DNA of 64,000 nt from Spirochaetota bacterium (GTDB lineage Bacteria; Spirochaetota; UBA4802; UBA5550), in contig JBNKTL010000002.1 in NCBI GenBank assembly GCA_050298055.1, positions 96,001 through 160,000 on the forward strand, in the 5' to 3' direction. The position numbers and the translations under genes are program-made. Below the pieces are notes generated by a model that was given only the letters and a program-made list of their open reading frames with translations, ran no database searches and had not been told where the DNA came from. Numbering within the stretch: the first letter of the stretch is position 1; every line of letters starts with the position of its first letter. Shown in pieces: positions 41,281-51,202 of this stretch.

Positions 41281-41300
41281 TGTAGACCTCTTTCTTCCTG

Positions 41301-41858
41301 TTAATTGCTCTTCTTTTTGCCTGCCGACTTCATCGACATGAACATTGTAATATTTCGTCCCTCTTTTACCGGGTTCTTCTCTATAACAGCTATATCTTCC
41401 AGATTCTCCCGGATCTTTTCCATCACATTAAATCCCAGTTCAGGATGCGCCATCTCTCTTCCCCTGAACATCAGGGTAAACTTGACCTTATCTCCTTTCA
41501 TGAGAAATTCCCTGGCATGTTTTACCTTGTGATCGAAATCGTGGTCGTTTATTGCAGGTCTCATTTTTATCTCTTTTACATGAATGACTTTCTGCTTCTT
41601 TTTCGCAGCCTTGGCCTGCTTTATCTGTTCAAACTTGAACTTGGTATAATCAATGATCTTTACAACAGGCGGGTCCTGGTTTGGAGAGATTTCAACAAGG
41701 TCAAGCCCCTTCTCATTGGCCAGTTCCAGCGCTTTATCTCGAGATATCACTGCTGCGCCATCATCTTCACCAACCAGCCTTACCTCCCGGGCAACAATCT
41801 GGTCATTTATCCTGTATTTTTCTTCTTTACTTGGAGGAGTTCGATATCCTTTCCTCAT
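41301..41858 (-). CDS. infC: Translation initiation factor IF-3
   Basis: RINDQI..REVRLV, DLVEISP, KEIKMRP, FRGRE. Confidence 0.99.
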   Translation of the reverse strand: MRKGYRTPPSKEEKYRINDQIVAREVRLVGEDDGAAVISRDKALELANEKGLDLVEISPNQDPPVVKIIDYTKFKFEQIKQAKAAKKKQKVIHVKEIKMRPAINDHDFDHKVKHAREFLMKGDKVKFTLMFRGREMAHPELGFNVMEKIRENLEDIAVIEKNPVKEGRNITMFMSMKSAGKKKSN

Positions 41859-41917
41859 CTAATTACGAGTACCCCCGATTATTAATAGTTTATGGTAATG
41901 CAATTATTTAGCTATAG

Positions 41918-42010
41918 AGTACTTAGCTGTATGGCTAAAATATACGTATTTAATAAAATAACAGCAATGTGTTTCGCCGCCGAAGGCGGTGGGGACACAT
42001 CAGTTATCTT
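41918..42010. mobile_element. MITE/REPIN-like repeat, copy C (opposite orientation to A and B)
   Basis: TACTTAGCTGTATGGCTAAAAT...CAGCAATGTGTTTCGCCGCC-GAA-GGCGGTGGGGACACATCAGTT; between thrS and infC. Confidence 0.7.
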
Positions 42011-42195
42011 TATTTATTAACATATCTATTTAATTTACTATTAAATCCTTAAATATTAATTTAATATTCAATCTAAAATGTAACATCCTTTAAAATCAAC
42101 AAAATTTCAGATTATTATAGTTTTTTTTACTGTTCAGCTATTCAAGGTAAATAAAATTCATATTATTAAAGTAGCAAAGGAATTGAAAAAATCTA

Positions 42196-44124
42196 TTAAA
42201 CATCCGCTTCCCTGCTTTCAGTCTTTTCCCGGATTAACTTGATAAAGTCATCAATTTTCATGTCAACAGGTTTATTCTCACCCCTCTTCCGCACGGAGAT
42301 CATCTTTCCTTTAAGTTCCTTCTCTCCTATAACGCCTATATAGGGAACTTTCTTTTCAATTATGTCCCTGACCCTGTAGCTTACAGATTCGTTCCGGGTA
42401 TCGGTTTCTACTCTCATGCCGGTTTTCAGGAGCTTCTCCCTGAGCTCATCCACATAAGCAGTTTGTTCCTCTGAGATGGAGACAAGGACAACTTGTACCG
42501 GGGCGAGCCAGACAGGGAACCTGCCGCTGTAATGCTCTATAAGTATTCCGATAAACCTCTCTAATGACCCCAGCAGGGCCCTGTGGATCATAATCGGCCT
42601 GTGCTTCTGCCCGTCCGAACCCACATAGTTTATATCAAAACGTTCGGGCAGGTTGAAGTCCACCTGTATTGTACTGCACTGCCACTCCCTTCCAATAGCA
42701 TCTTTTATCTTAATATCAATTTTGGGACCGTAGAAGACACCCTCCCCGGGATCGACTTTATAATCTATTTTCAGTTTCTCAAGTGATTTCCTGAGGCTCT
42801 CCGTTGCGATCTCCCAGTTTCTGTCCGATCCAACTGATTTTTCAGGCCGGGTGGAGAGATAGACATTCATCTCATTGAACCCGAAAATGTTGAGCATTTC
42901 AAGTGTGAATTTCAAAACACCCTCTATCTCGTCCTGCACCTGGTCTTCCCGGCAAAAGATATGGGCATCATCCTGTGTAAATCCCCTCACACGGGTAAGT
43001 CCGTGAAGAACACCCGATCTCTCGTACCTGTAGACGGTTCCCATTTCAAACCCCCTGAAGGGGAGGTCGCGGTAGCTCTTAAGAGAGCTGGTAAAAATCT
43101 TTATCTGGGACGGGCAGTTCATGGGCTTGAGAATATAGTCCTGGCCATCTATCTGGATAGGAGAGTACATGTTCTCGCTGTAGAAATCCAGGTGGCCCGA
43201 AGTCTTGTAGAGATCCGCTTTTGCTATATGAGGTACGGTAAAAAGACTGTATCCTCTCTTGAGGTGCTCCGAGGTTGTAAACTTGTCAATGATAAACCTG
43301 AGCAGAGCGCCGTTTGGGTGCCAGAGGGGAAGCCCTGCTCCTACCTCGTTATCAAAGGAAAAAAACTCAAGCTCCCTCCCAAGTTTCCTGTGATCCCGCT
43401 TCTTTGCCTCTTCCAGCATATTAAGGTGCTTTTTAAGTGCCTTTTTATCGGGAAATGCCGTACCATAGACTCTCTGGAGCATCTTGTTCTTCTCGTCACC
43501 GCGCCAGTAAGCTCCCGCTACAGAGAGAAGCTTGAATGACTTGAGCTTCGAAGTCGATATCACATGGGGCCCCCTGCAGAGGTCCAGAAATTCACCCTGT
43601 CTGTAGACTGTAATATTTTCGTTTTCCAGATCATTTATGAGCTCAATCTTATAACTCTCTCCCATCTCACCGAACATCTCCAGGGCTTTCTCCCGGGAAA
43701 GTTCTTCCCTTTCAATTTTTATATCACTGTCAACGATCTTCTGCATCTCCTCTTCGATCTTTTCCATATCATCCTCTGTGAGAGAATCCGCAAGATCAAA
43801 GTCGTAGTAATAGCCATTTTCAATTGACGGCCCTATGGCAAGTTTTGTCCCCGGGTAGAGCCTCTTCACCGCCTGTGCCATGAGGTGTGATGCAGAATGC
43901 CAGAAGATATCCCTCCCCTCTGCCGAATCAAAGGTAATGACTTCAAGTTCTGCATCAGCATCAACATGATATGTGAGATCAACCATGTTGCCGTCTATTC
44001 TTGCCGCGACTGCAGCAGTCTGCAGGCCCTTGCCGATGGTACCTATGATATCATAAACAGAACGGCCCTTCTCAGCATCAATGACCGATGAATCGGGCAG
44101 TGTAATTTTAATCTCCTTGCTCAA
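42196..44124 (-). CDS. thrS: Threonyl-tRNA synthetase
   Basis: TGS domain, DLCRGPH, RDHRKLG, KPMNCP, FYGPKID, HRALLGSLERF; TTG start at 44124 after SD GGAG. Confidence 0.99.
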   Translation of the reverse strand: MSKEIKITLPDSSVIDAEKGRSVYDIIGTIGKGLQTAAVAARIDGNMVDLTYHVDADAELEVITFDSAEGRDIFWHSASHLMAQAVKRLYPGTKLAIGPSIENGYYYDFDLADSLTEDDMEKIEEEMQKIVDSDIKIEREELSREKALEMFGEMGESYKIELINDLENENITVYRQGEFLDLCRGPHVISTSKLKSFKLLSVAGAYWRGDEKNKMLQRVYGTAFPDKKALKKHLNMLEEAKKRDHRKLGRELEFFSFDNEVGAGLPLWHPNGALLRFIIDKFTTSEHLKRGYSLFTVPHIAKADLYKTSGHLDFYSENMYSPIQIDGQDYILKPMNCPSQIKIFTSSLKSYRDLPFRGFEMGTVYRYERSGVLHGLTRVRGFTQDDAHIFCREDQVQDEIEGVLKFTLEMLNIFGFNEMNVYLSTRPEKSVGSDRNWEIATESLRKSLEKLKIDYKVDPGEGVFYGPKIDIKIKDAIGREWQCSTIQVDFNLPERFDINYVGSDGQKHRPIMIHRALLGSLERFIGILIEHYSGRFPVWLAPVQVVLVSISEEQTAYVDELREKLLKTGMRVETDTRNESVSYRVRDIIEKKVPYIGVIGEKELKGKMISVRKRGENKPVDMKIDDFIKLIREKTESREADV

Positions 44125-44207
44125 CCAGATACTCCGTAATTCAGCATGTTTTGAAATGTGTGCAGTGAGAACAGGCTTGTTCAAAGGACATTCTTCACTG
44201 GATAATG

Positions 44208-44281
44208 TGAGCGATATTGGAGTTGAACCAACGACCTCCTGCGTGTCGGGCAGGCGCTCTAACCAACTGAGCTAATCGCTC
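44208..44281 (-). tRNA. tRNA-Val(GAC)
   Basis: Cloverleaf: acceptor GAGCGAT/ATCGCTC, anticodon arm CCTGC-CCGACAC-GCAGG, T-loop TTCAACT; CCA not encoded. Confidence 0.96.
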
Positions 44282-44696
44282 AAACACTTGATTTACCCGA
44301 TAAAGGTACATACCCGTCTCATAATAAATCATTTAACAGATAATTTTCTGGTGTTTATGTTGTCAACTATTTTAATGAAAAACACCTCTATTCGGCATTG
44401 GAAAGCATTAATAATTCTTACATCCGGATAAGACTTTGTCCTACAAAAAAAAACTACTGCCTCCTACAGCTGTTTTCATTTTTTTACTTTCCCTGGACAC
44501 AAATTTAATATATTAATTTAACATGTTAAATAAAATATTTTTAATAAAAATAATAAAAATTAAATATGCTAATTCAATGATTTATTAGTTTATTAAATTT
44601 TAAATATTTTCAAGGAGAAGTAATAAGAGAAAGCAGTTCAACCGTCAGAGAAGGTAAGAGGGGAAAAATGAAAATTAAATCCCTGGAGGTACCAAA

Positions 44697-44915
44697 ATGG
44701 CAAGACTTGCTAAAAAGAGCTATTACAAAGAAGACTCAGGATTTCAGCCTGAACTAATGTTTAAAAAGACCCGGTCACTCTATAATTATGAAGAGTATGA
44801 TCTCATCGATATTGATAAGATTGTTCGCTATTATATTCAAAACCAGAGAGATAAAAAAACCGCTCTCTGTAATGTAGCCACTATTGTAAACAACATCATA
44901 GACAGTGCAAATTAA
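44697..44915 (+). CDS. Small hypothetical protein (72 aa)
   Basis: Strong SD GGAGGT; stand-alone with an AT-rich upstream region and a downstream terminator. Confidence 0.65.
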   Translation: MARLAKKSYYKEDSGFQPELMFKKTRSLYNYEEYDLIDIDKIVRYYIQNQRDKKTALCNVATIVNNIIDSAN

Positions 44916-45024
44916 TTATCATTTTTCCGTTAAGCGAAAGGGGCAGCAAAGTTATAATAATTAATATAAATCTATTTCCCAAGTTAAAAAAAACCTGAAC
45001 CCTCACGCTATTATAACAGATAAG

Positions 45025-45058
45025 AAACAGGACCGACAGCAAGCGGTCCTGTTTTTTT
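45025..45058 (+). terminator. Rho-independent terminator
   Basis: AAACAGGACCG/CGGTCCTGTTT stem with a T7 tail. Confidence 0.8.
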
Positions 45059-45187
45059 GCTTAAGAACTTTTTCCTCTCCCGAATATTGATTTCTCCCAA
45101 CAGGGAGAAGGGATCCACTCTCTTCATAATTTTTTCACTGAGAAAAATATGGTTGCCAAATCAGCCGGGAAGAGAAAAAAATAGAGA

Positions 45188-46624
45188 ATGAAGTTTTTAA
45201 AGGACATTTTTCTCATAAGACGCCAGGAAGGTTATCCGGAAACTTTTACCGAAGAACTGAACTATCAATGCACCCGTGTGATAATACCCCTTTCTCTTAT
45301 TGCTGCAGTGGCCTGGCTTCCATACATACCTCTTGATATCGCGTTGAACCCTCATCTTCCCCTGATAGTTGTTTTGCGGTTTGGCCTGACCGGGGTAGCA
45401 ACTTTAATATTAATATTTCTCATTTTCCCTCGATATCGAAAAAAAGGGTTACTTTTACTGTCCATCTTAGGGATCTATACGGAGATTTCAACTGCTGTAA
45501 TTACCGCCCTCTCCAACGGGGCATCTCATTATATCGGGGGGTTTCTTTTCATTTTGATGCTTATTCCTCTTGTCCCCTATCCGCGAATTGCTCAATTTAC
45601 ACTACTGGTTTTATCGGTAACAACTTTTTTCATTGTCGGATTTACTCAGGGTATGACCTTTTCCGGTTACCGGCATCTCTATTCACTGAATGATATATTT
45701 GCAACGACCACTGTTGCTGCATTTTTAATATACTTTCTTCATAAGATCCGATTTGGAAGCTGGGAAAAATCAAAACATATTGAATCACAGAGAATGGATC
45801 TCCAAATAATCAATGAGGAACTTAATAAGAAAAACCTGAAAATTGAGAAACAGCAACAGGAGATAAAACAGAGAAACCACTTACTTGAAACTGAACTGGA
45901 AATGGCCAGGCAGATTCAAAAACTCATGATACCTTCAGAGAGAGTGAGTAAAAATGTTTGCACCCTCTACAAACCTATGGATCTCTTGGGAGGAGATTTC
46001 TTTGATCTCATTCAGTTTGGGAATTCCGATAATATAGGAATTTTTATAAGTGATGTATCAGGTCATGGAGTTGCAGCGGCATTTATCACAGCAATGATGA
46101 AGAGTCTCATTCGCAATACAAGTACACGCAATTCCGATCCTGCACGGCTTCTTCATTTTATGAACGATGCACTTATAGATATTTCGGGAGACAATTTCAT
46201 TACCGCATTTTATGGAATTTACGATTCCAACACCAGAACATTAACATACGCCAGCGCCGGCCATATCCCCCCCTATATCTTAATAGATGAGAAAATACAA
46301 ACAATAAAAGGGAAAAGCGGCCCTCCCCTGGCTTTTCTGAAAAACAGTGAATTAGAAAAAAAGGGAAAATCCTATGGAAATAATATAATGCCTATTGTAA
46401 GAAATGCACGGCTGTTCTTTTACACTGACGGACTGACCGAAACAACAGCCGGGAAAGAATCGAACTTTATGTTTGGTGAAGAACGCCTTGAACAGGAGAT
46501 CATCAATTCACACCATCTTGCACCTGATGATTTCCTGAACACTTTGTACAGGAGACTCGCTGAATTCAGAGGAAGTGATCGTTTCGATGATGATATCTCT
46601 CTCATCTGTTTTGATATCAATTAA
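45188..46624 (+). CDS. Membrane PP2C/SpoIIE (RsbU-like) phosphatase
   Basis: About 6 TM, coiled coil, ARQIQ, GGDFFD, DVSGHG, YTDGLTE, DDISL. Confidence 0.93.
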   Translation: MKFLKDIFLIRRQEGYPETFTEELNYQCTRVIIPLSLIAAVAWLPYIPLDIALNPHLPLIVVLRFGLTGVATLILIFLIFPRYRKKGLLLLSILGIYTEISTAVITALSNGASHYIGGFLFILMLIPLVPYPRIAQFTLLVLSVTTFFIVGFTQGMTFSGYRHLYSLNDIFATTTVAAFLIYFLHKIRFGSWEKSKHIESQRMDLQIINEELNKKNLKIEKQQQEIKQRNHLLETELEMARQIQKLMIPSERVSKNVCTLYKPMDLLGGDFFDLIQFGNSDNIGIFISDVSGHGVAAAFITAMMKSLIRNTSTRNSDPARLLHFMNDALIDISGDNFITAFYGIYDSNTRTLTYASAGHIPPYILIDEKIQTIKGKSGPPLAFLKNSELEKKGKSYGNNIMPIVRNARLFFYTDGLTETTAGKESNFMFGEERLEQEIINSHHLAPDDFLNTLYRRLAEFRGSDRFDDDISLICFDIN

Positions 46625-46729
46625 TAATGCTCTGCCCGCAACCTTCCTCCCCTTCCGGGATTAAAACTTTTTACAGGGATCCCGGTTACAGACATGAATG
46701 TCACCGGGACCCGTTTATTCCGCAGATTT

Positions 46730-48736
46730 TTACTCCTTATTCCCGTTCTCTGACACCGATTTATCAGCGGTAATTTTTATCTTATCGCTGCTGCTCACTG
46801 TAAAAAATTCCATTATCTCCTGGAGCTGAACGGCATTGGAGCTGAGCATTTCAGATGTTGCTGCAAGCTCCTCTGATGATGACGCATTCTGCTGCGTTAC
46901 CTGGTTGAGCTGATCCATCCCTCTGTTTATCTGGTCAATCCCTGCTGCCTGCTGTTCTGAAGCAAGTGCAATCTCCTCAACAAGATCGGATGTTTCCTGT
47001 ATGTTCGGGACTATTTCATCAAGGAGCTCTCCCGCTGAATTTGCCAGTGCAACACTGTTTTTTGCAAGCTCGCCAATCTCCTGGGATGCGACCTGGCTTC
47101 TTTCGGCAAGTTTCCTGACTTCTCCGGCCACAACGGCAAATCCTTTCCCATGCTCACCTGCCCGGGCCGCTTCAATTGCCGCATTCAGCGCGAGAAGGTT
47201 TGTCTGGTAGGCCACATCATCTATCAGGTTGATCTTTTCCGCTATATCATTCATTGCGTTTACTGTTTCCTTGACCGCTTTTCCTCCATTCCCGGCGTTT
47301 ATGGCGGCACGTTTTGCCACTTCACTTGTCCGTTTGGCATTTCCCGTATTCTGTGTAACAGTAGCACCTATCTCCTCCAGAGATGACGCTATCTCCTCCA
47401 CATTCGAAGCCTGCTCGTTAGAACCCTGGCTCATACCCTGTGAGGACGAACTCATCTCTTCGGAGGCTGACGCAATTGCATTTGAACTCCGGATTACCGT
47501 CTCAACAATATTACCCAGCGCTCCTATCATTTCATTATTAAGCCTGATCATCTCTCCTATTTCATCACCCGATTTAACGGCAATACTCCTGGTGAGATCC
47601 CCGTTGGCAACCGCCCCAACAAGGTCCCTCAGGGACTTAATCGGATTAACAATTGTCCTGTTGATGAACAGCATGAACACAATTATTGAAACAATCAGCA
47701 CAAATAATCCCGCTCCCACTATTTTGTTCCTGGTACTGATAACCGGCTCTTCCACCTCTGCCAGGTCAATTTCAGAGAGTATTGCCCATGTCACACCGTT
47801 AATTTTCAGGGGCTGAAAAGAAGAGAGTACGGGATTACCGTTGTAATCGATAATGATTTTTGTATCTTTCTCACCTTTAAGGGCCCTCCTTACCGCTTCC
47901 GTATCAGCCTTGCCTTTGTCGGGATTCATGAATGATGCAAGCACCGAATGGTTTTTCGGATCCAGGTAAGAATCAGACCTCATGAGGAGGTCTCCCCCGA
48001 CAAGGTATGACTCGCCGGTTCTCCCCATGCCTGTTCTCTCTTCCATAATAGTGTTTATGGCGTCTAATGAAACCTGAAAAGCCAGCACACCGATAATCCT
48101 GCCATTTTCCTTAACAGGTGTTGCAATAAATTGTGCCGGGGCATCGTTAGAAGGAGCATAGGGCCTGGTGTCTGAAATAGCAGTCTCACCTTTAAGGGCT
48201 TTCTTCCAGACAGTTTGAAGTGACGATTCAACTTTTGAGACCCTTGATGCAAAATCAGCTTCTTTTGCTATGGTAAATATTACATCACCGGTACCCGGTT
48301 GAATGAGAAATATATCGTAATATCCATACTCGGTCAGATAGTGCTTGAATACGGGAAAGTACCTGTCATGAACCTTCTTATAGCTTTCAGGCGCCCTGAA
48401 CACCTCCTTTGTAAACCCTTTGAATTGACCGCCCAGTGAACCGCCCGCATTATTATAGGGCCTCATTAAATCATAGTACGCCTTTTTGGTATACGGGCTG
48501 TTTGCAAGAACCTTCGCGTCTCCGATTCTCTCTTTAAAGAACCTCTCGATCTCTACCTTCTTGATCGTATTCACAGCTTTAAGCTGCTGAAATGCATCCT
48601 CCTCCAGCGCATTCTTTGCTGAAGTAATGGATATCAGTGAAACCGTAAAGACTGCGATAAAAATTGTGGTTACTGCAAGAAGTGCTATCTTTATCCTGAT
48701 CGATAGACTCCTGCGATCTTTTTTTTGTCCTTCCAT
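46730..48736 (-). CDS. Methyl-accepting chemotaxis protein (Cache-type sensor, HAMP)
   Basis: 2 TM, YYDIFLI periplasmic domain, [31 protein letters not shown]. Confidence 0.97.
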   Translation of the reverse strand: MEGQKKDRRSLSIRIKIALLAVTTIFIAVFTVSLISITSAKNALEEDAFQQLKAVNTIKKVEIERFFKERIGDAKVLANSPYTKKAYYDLMRPYNNAGGSLGGQFKGFTKEVFRAPESYKKVHDRYFPVFKHYLTEYGYYDIFLIQPGTGDVIFTIAKEADFASRVSKVESSLQTVWKKALKGETAISDTRPYAPSNDAPAQFIATPVKENGRIIGVLAFQVSLDAINTIMEERTGMGRTGESYLVGGDLLMRSDSYLDPKNHSVLASFMNPDKGKADTEAVRRALKGEKDTKIIIDYNGNPVLSSFQPLKINGVTWAILSEIDLAEVEEPVISTRNKIVGAGLFVLIVSIIVFMLFINRTIVNPIKSLRDLVGAVANGDLTRSIAVKSGDEIGEMIRLNNEMIGALGNIVETVIRSSNAIASASEEMSSSSQGMSQGSNEQASNVEEIASSLEEIGATVTQNTGNAKRTSEVAKRAAINAGNGGKAVKETVNAMNDIAEKINLIDDVAYQTNLLALNAAIEAARAGEHGKGFAVVAGEVRKLAERSQVASQEIGELAKNSVALANSAGELLDEIVPNIQETSDLVEEIALASEQQAAGIDQINRGMDQLNQVTQQNASSSEELAATSEMLSSNAVQLQEIMEFFTVSSSDKIKITADKSVSENGNKE

Positions 48737-49218
48737 AATCAACACTCCATCATCCTTTAGTTTTTTATAATATACTAATACATTAAATATTAGTCAAAAA
48801 TTTATATATTTTATTTACTTCATTTTTTTCAATAAGCATTAATGCTTGTACCGGAATATTATCAGAGAAAGCATTGAAGCAATAACAGATTTAAGATACT
48901 GCAACAGATCCTCCTCCAATACTTTTTCTGCCGTAATAATAGATGTCTGGGAAATGCTGGACCTTTTAAAGAAGTGATTCTCTATGAGGGGATGCCTGCT
49001 CATTATTTTGCCCGACAGACTCTTGAAATCTCTTTCATGTGTTGAAATAATCAAACTTATCTTTCTTCCATATAATTATTAGTAATACTAACAAGATAAT
49101 GAGAAATTTTGCAATTGTCAAAATATTTGATAAATTATGCATTTTTTTAATATATTTATATAATATTTTGTTTATGAACAGATTAAGAATTGTTAACAAG
49201 ATTATTTTAATATTTTTT

Positions 49219-49308
49219 GTGACTAATCAGTTATATGGCTAAAAAATCTATTTACTAAATATTAACAATATGTCCCGGCGCCAAAAGCGGGGGCATATCA
49301 GTTATCTT
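49219..49308. mobile_element. MITE/REPIN-like repeat, copy D (eroded)
   Basis: GTGACTAATCAGTTATATGGCTAAAA...CTATTTACTAAA...CAATATGTCCC...GGGCATATCAGTTATCTT, colinear with copy C. Confidence 0.65.
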
Positions 49309-49427
49309 GTTTTTAAGGGAAATGACATTGAACTTTATATTAAAGATATCATTTTTCTCTGTACAAAACCGGGGGTAAATGTCAACTTACATCATTATAA
49401 TTATTAAATAAGACAACGGAGATTGTT

Positions 49428-50195
49428 ATGCTTAACCAGAGAGTTGAAGAGGGTATTCTGTTCTGTGAATTTGACAGGGGAAAGGTCAATACCCTGACCC
49501 GTGAAACACTGGAGCTTCTGGACAACGCTGTTGATAAAGCCAACCGGGAGAGTTCCATCAAGGGAATCATTCTTACCGGCGCCGGGAGAGCATTTTCTGC
49601 TGGGTTTGATCTTTCCCTTTTCACCGGGTTCAAAGACCATGAGGAAGCAATTTCATTTTTTGAAAAGGAGGAAGAGGTGCTGCAGAACCTCTTTATCTGC
49701 AAAAAGCCTGTTGTATCAGCCATAAACGGCCACGCAATTGCCGGGGGACTCATACTCGCCCTTGCTTCCGATTACAGAATCGCAAAAAATCATCCGAAGA
49801 TTAAATTAAGCATGAGCGAAATAAAGCTGGGCATCCCCCTCAGTATTACCATGAGTGAGGTTGTAAGGTTTGGCCTGGACAGCAACAGAGTATACCGGGA
49901 TGTCATTTACTCAGGTGATATTTTTGATGTTAACAGGGGTATTGAACTCGGTTTTATTGATGAACTCGCTGACGAGGAGAACCTTCTTCCCCGTGCCGTT
50001 GAAATCATTAATAACTGGTCCGGAAATCCGGGCTCTGCATTTACCTGGCTCAAGATGAGCCTGAGAGGACCGGTTTATGAAGAGATAAAGAAAAGAATGG
50101 CCGACGGCAAATGGAAGGAAGGGCTGAAGGTTTTCTTTGATGAGGATGCCAGGAAGGCCATGATCCTTGTTCACTCAATGATGGAGCAGGGATAG
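49428..50195 (+). CDS. Enoyl-CoA hydratase/isomerase family protein
   Basis: FSAGFDL, KPVVSAINGHAIAGG, SEIKLGI. Confidence 0.93.
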   Translation: MLNQRVEEGILFCEFDRGKVNTLTRETLELLDNAVDKANRESSIKGIILTGAGRAFSAGFDLSLFTGFKDHEEAISFFEKEEEVLQNLFICKKPVVSAINGHAIAGGLILALASDYRIAKNHPKIKLSMSEIKLGIPLSITMSEVVRFGLDSNRVYRDVIYSGDIFDVNRGIELGFIDELADEENLLPRAVEIINNWSGNPGSAFTWLKMSLRGPVYEEIKKRMADGKWKEGLKVFFDEDARKAMILVHSMMEQG

Positions 50196-50289
50196 CAGCG
50201 CAAAGTAAAAAAAAACTTGACTGTGAGGTAAAAACCTTAAATGTTAAGCTACCTGTCATTAAAATTTTGCAATAACTGAAAAGGTACCT

Positions 50290-50754
50290 ATGAAGACAAT
50301 AGAAGGAAAACTTGATGCTACCGGCCTGAAGTTCGGGATTGTCGTATCCCGGTTCAATGAATTTATTACCAACAAGCTCCTGGGCGGGGCCCTGGACACC
50401 CTTAGAAGAAACAATGCCAGTGATGACAATATTACCGTGGCATGGGTCCCCGGATCATTCGAAATTCCGGCAGTTGCCAAAAGGCTTGCGGATTCCGGAA
50501 ACTACGACGCGGTTATCTGCCTGGGTGCAGTCATCAGGGGAGCAACACCTCATTTTGAATATGTATCCTCTGAAGTAACCAAAGGCGTGGCGGTTCTGAG
50601 CCTGAACTCATCAATTCCCGTAATATTCGGGGTTTTGACTACAGACACCATAGAACAGGCCATTGAAAGGGCCGGATCGAAATCGGGCAACAAGGGGAGC
50701 GATGCGGCATTTTCTGCCATGGAAATGTCATACCTTTACAAGCAGATTGAATAA
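50290..50754 (+). CDS. ribH: 6,7-dimethyl-8-ribityllumazine synthase
   Basis: [28 protein letters not shown]. Confidence 0.99.
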   Translation: MKTIEGKLDATGLKFGIVVSRFNEFITNKLLGGALDTLRRNNASDDNITVAWVPGSFEIPAVAKRLADSGNYDAVICLGAVIRGATPHFEYVSSEVTKGVAVLSLNSSIPVIFGVLTTDTIEQAIERAGSKSGNKGSDAAFSAMEMSYLYKQIE

Positions 50755-51176
50755 TGGGCCATAGAAGGAAAGCAAGAGAGTATGCCCTGCAGGGACTCTA
50801 CACATTTGAAGTCAGCAATACACCGGTTTCTGATCTGACAGAACTCAACTGGGTCGACGATGATATACCCGATGATATCAGGTCCTTTGCTGTTTCCCTG
50901 ATTACGTTAACAGTTGAAAATATCTCTGAGATAGATACAATTATAAAAAATCACTCAAAGAACTGGAAGTTTGAACGGTTAAGTTACGTAGATAAATCAA
51001 TACTCAGGCTCTCAATCTGTGAGTTGATGTATATGGATGATATTCCCAGTGCTGTTACAATCAATGAAGGAATTGAACTGGGCAAGATCTATGGCGGAGA
51101 GAACTCCGGGCAGTTTATCAACGGCATCCTCGATGCTGTGAACAGGGACGAGGCTTCCGGGAAAAATGCAGTTTAA
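50754..51176 (+). CDS. nusB: Transcription antitermination factor NusB
   Basis: RRKAREYALQGLY, W..ERL..VDKSILR, FINGILD. Confidence 0.98.
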   Translation: MGHRRKAREYALQGLYTFEVSNTPVSDLTELNWVDDDIPDDIRSFAVSLITLTVENISEIDTIIKNHSKNWKFERLSYVDKSILRLSICELMYMDDIPSAVTINEGIELGKIYGGENSGQFINGILDAVNRDEASGKNAV

Positions 51177-51202
51177 AAACAATTGATTTCCAGGAGAAGA
51201 GA

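Noticed and set aside
44125..44207. T-box leader for thrS, or an integration site at tRNA-Val
   Set aside because: Only 83 nt separate the tRNA 3' end from thrS; no T-box motif, no integrase and no duplicated tRNA 3' end.
44925..44955. c-di-GMP-I riboswitch-like GAAAG...GCAAAG
   Set aside because: No supporting P2/P3 stems, and it lies in a 3' region.
48839..49054. 71-aa minus-strand ORF upstream of the MCP
   Set aside because: TTG start with a weak SD and no recognisable motif; not supportable.
50196..50289. FMN riboswitch upstream of ribH
   Set aside because: Only about 94 nt and none of the RFN conserved motifs.
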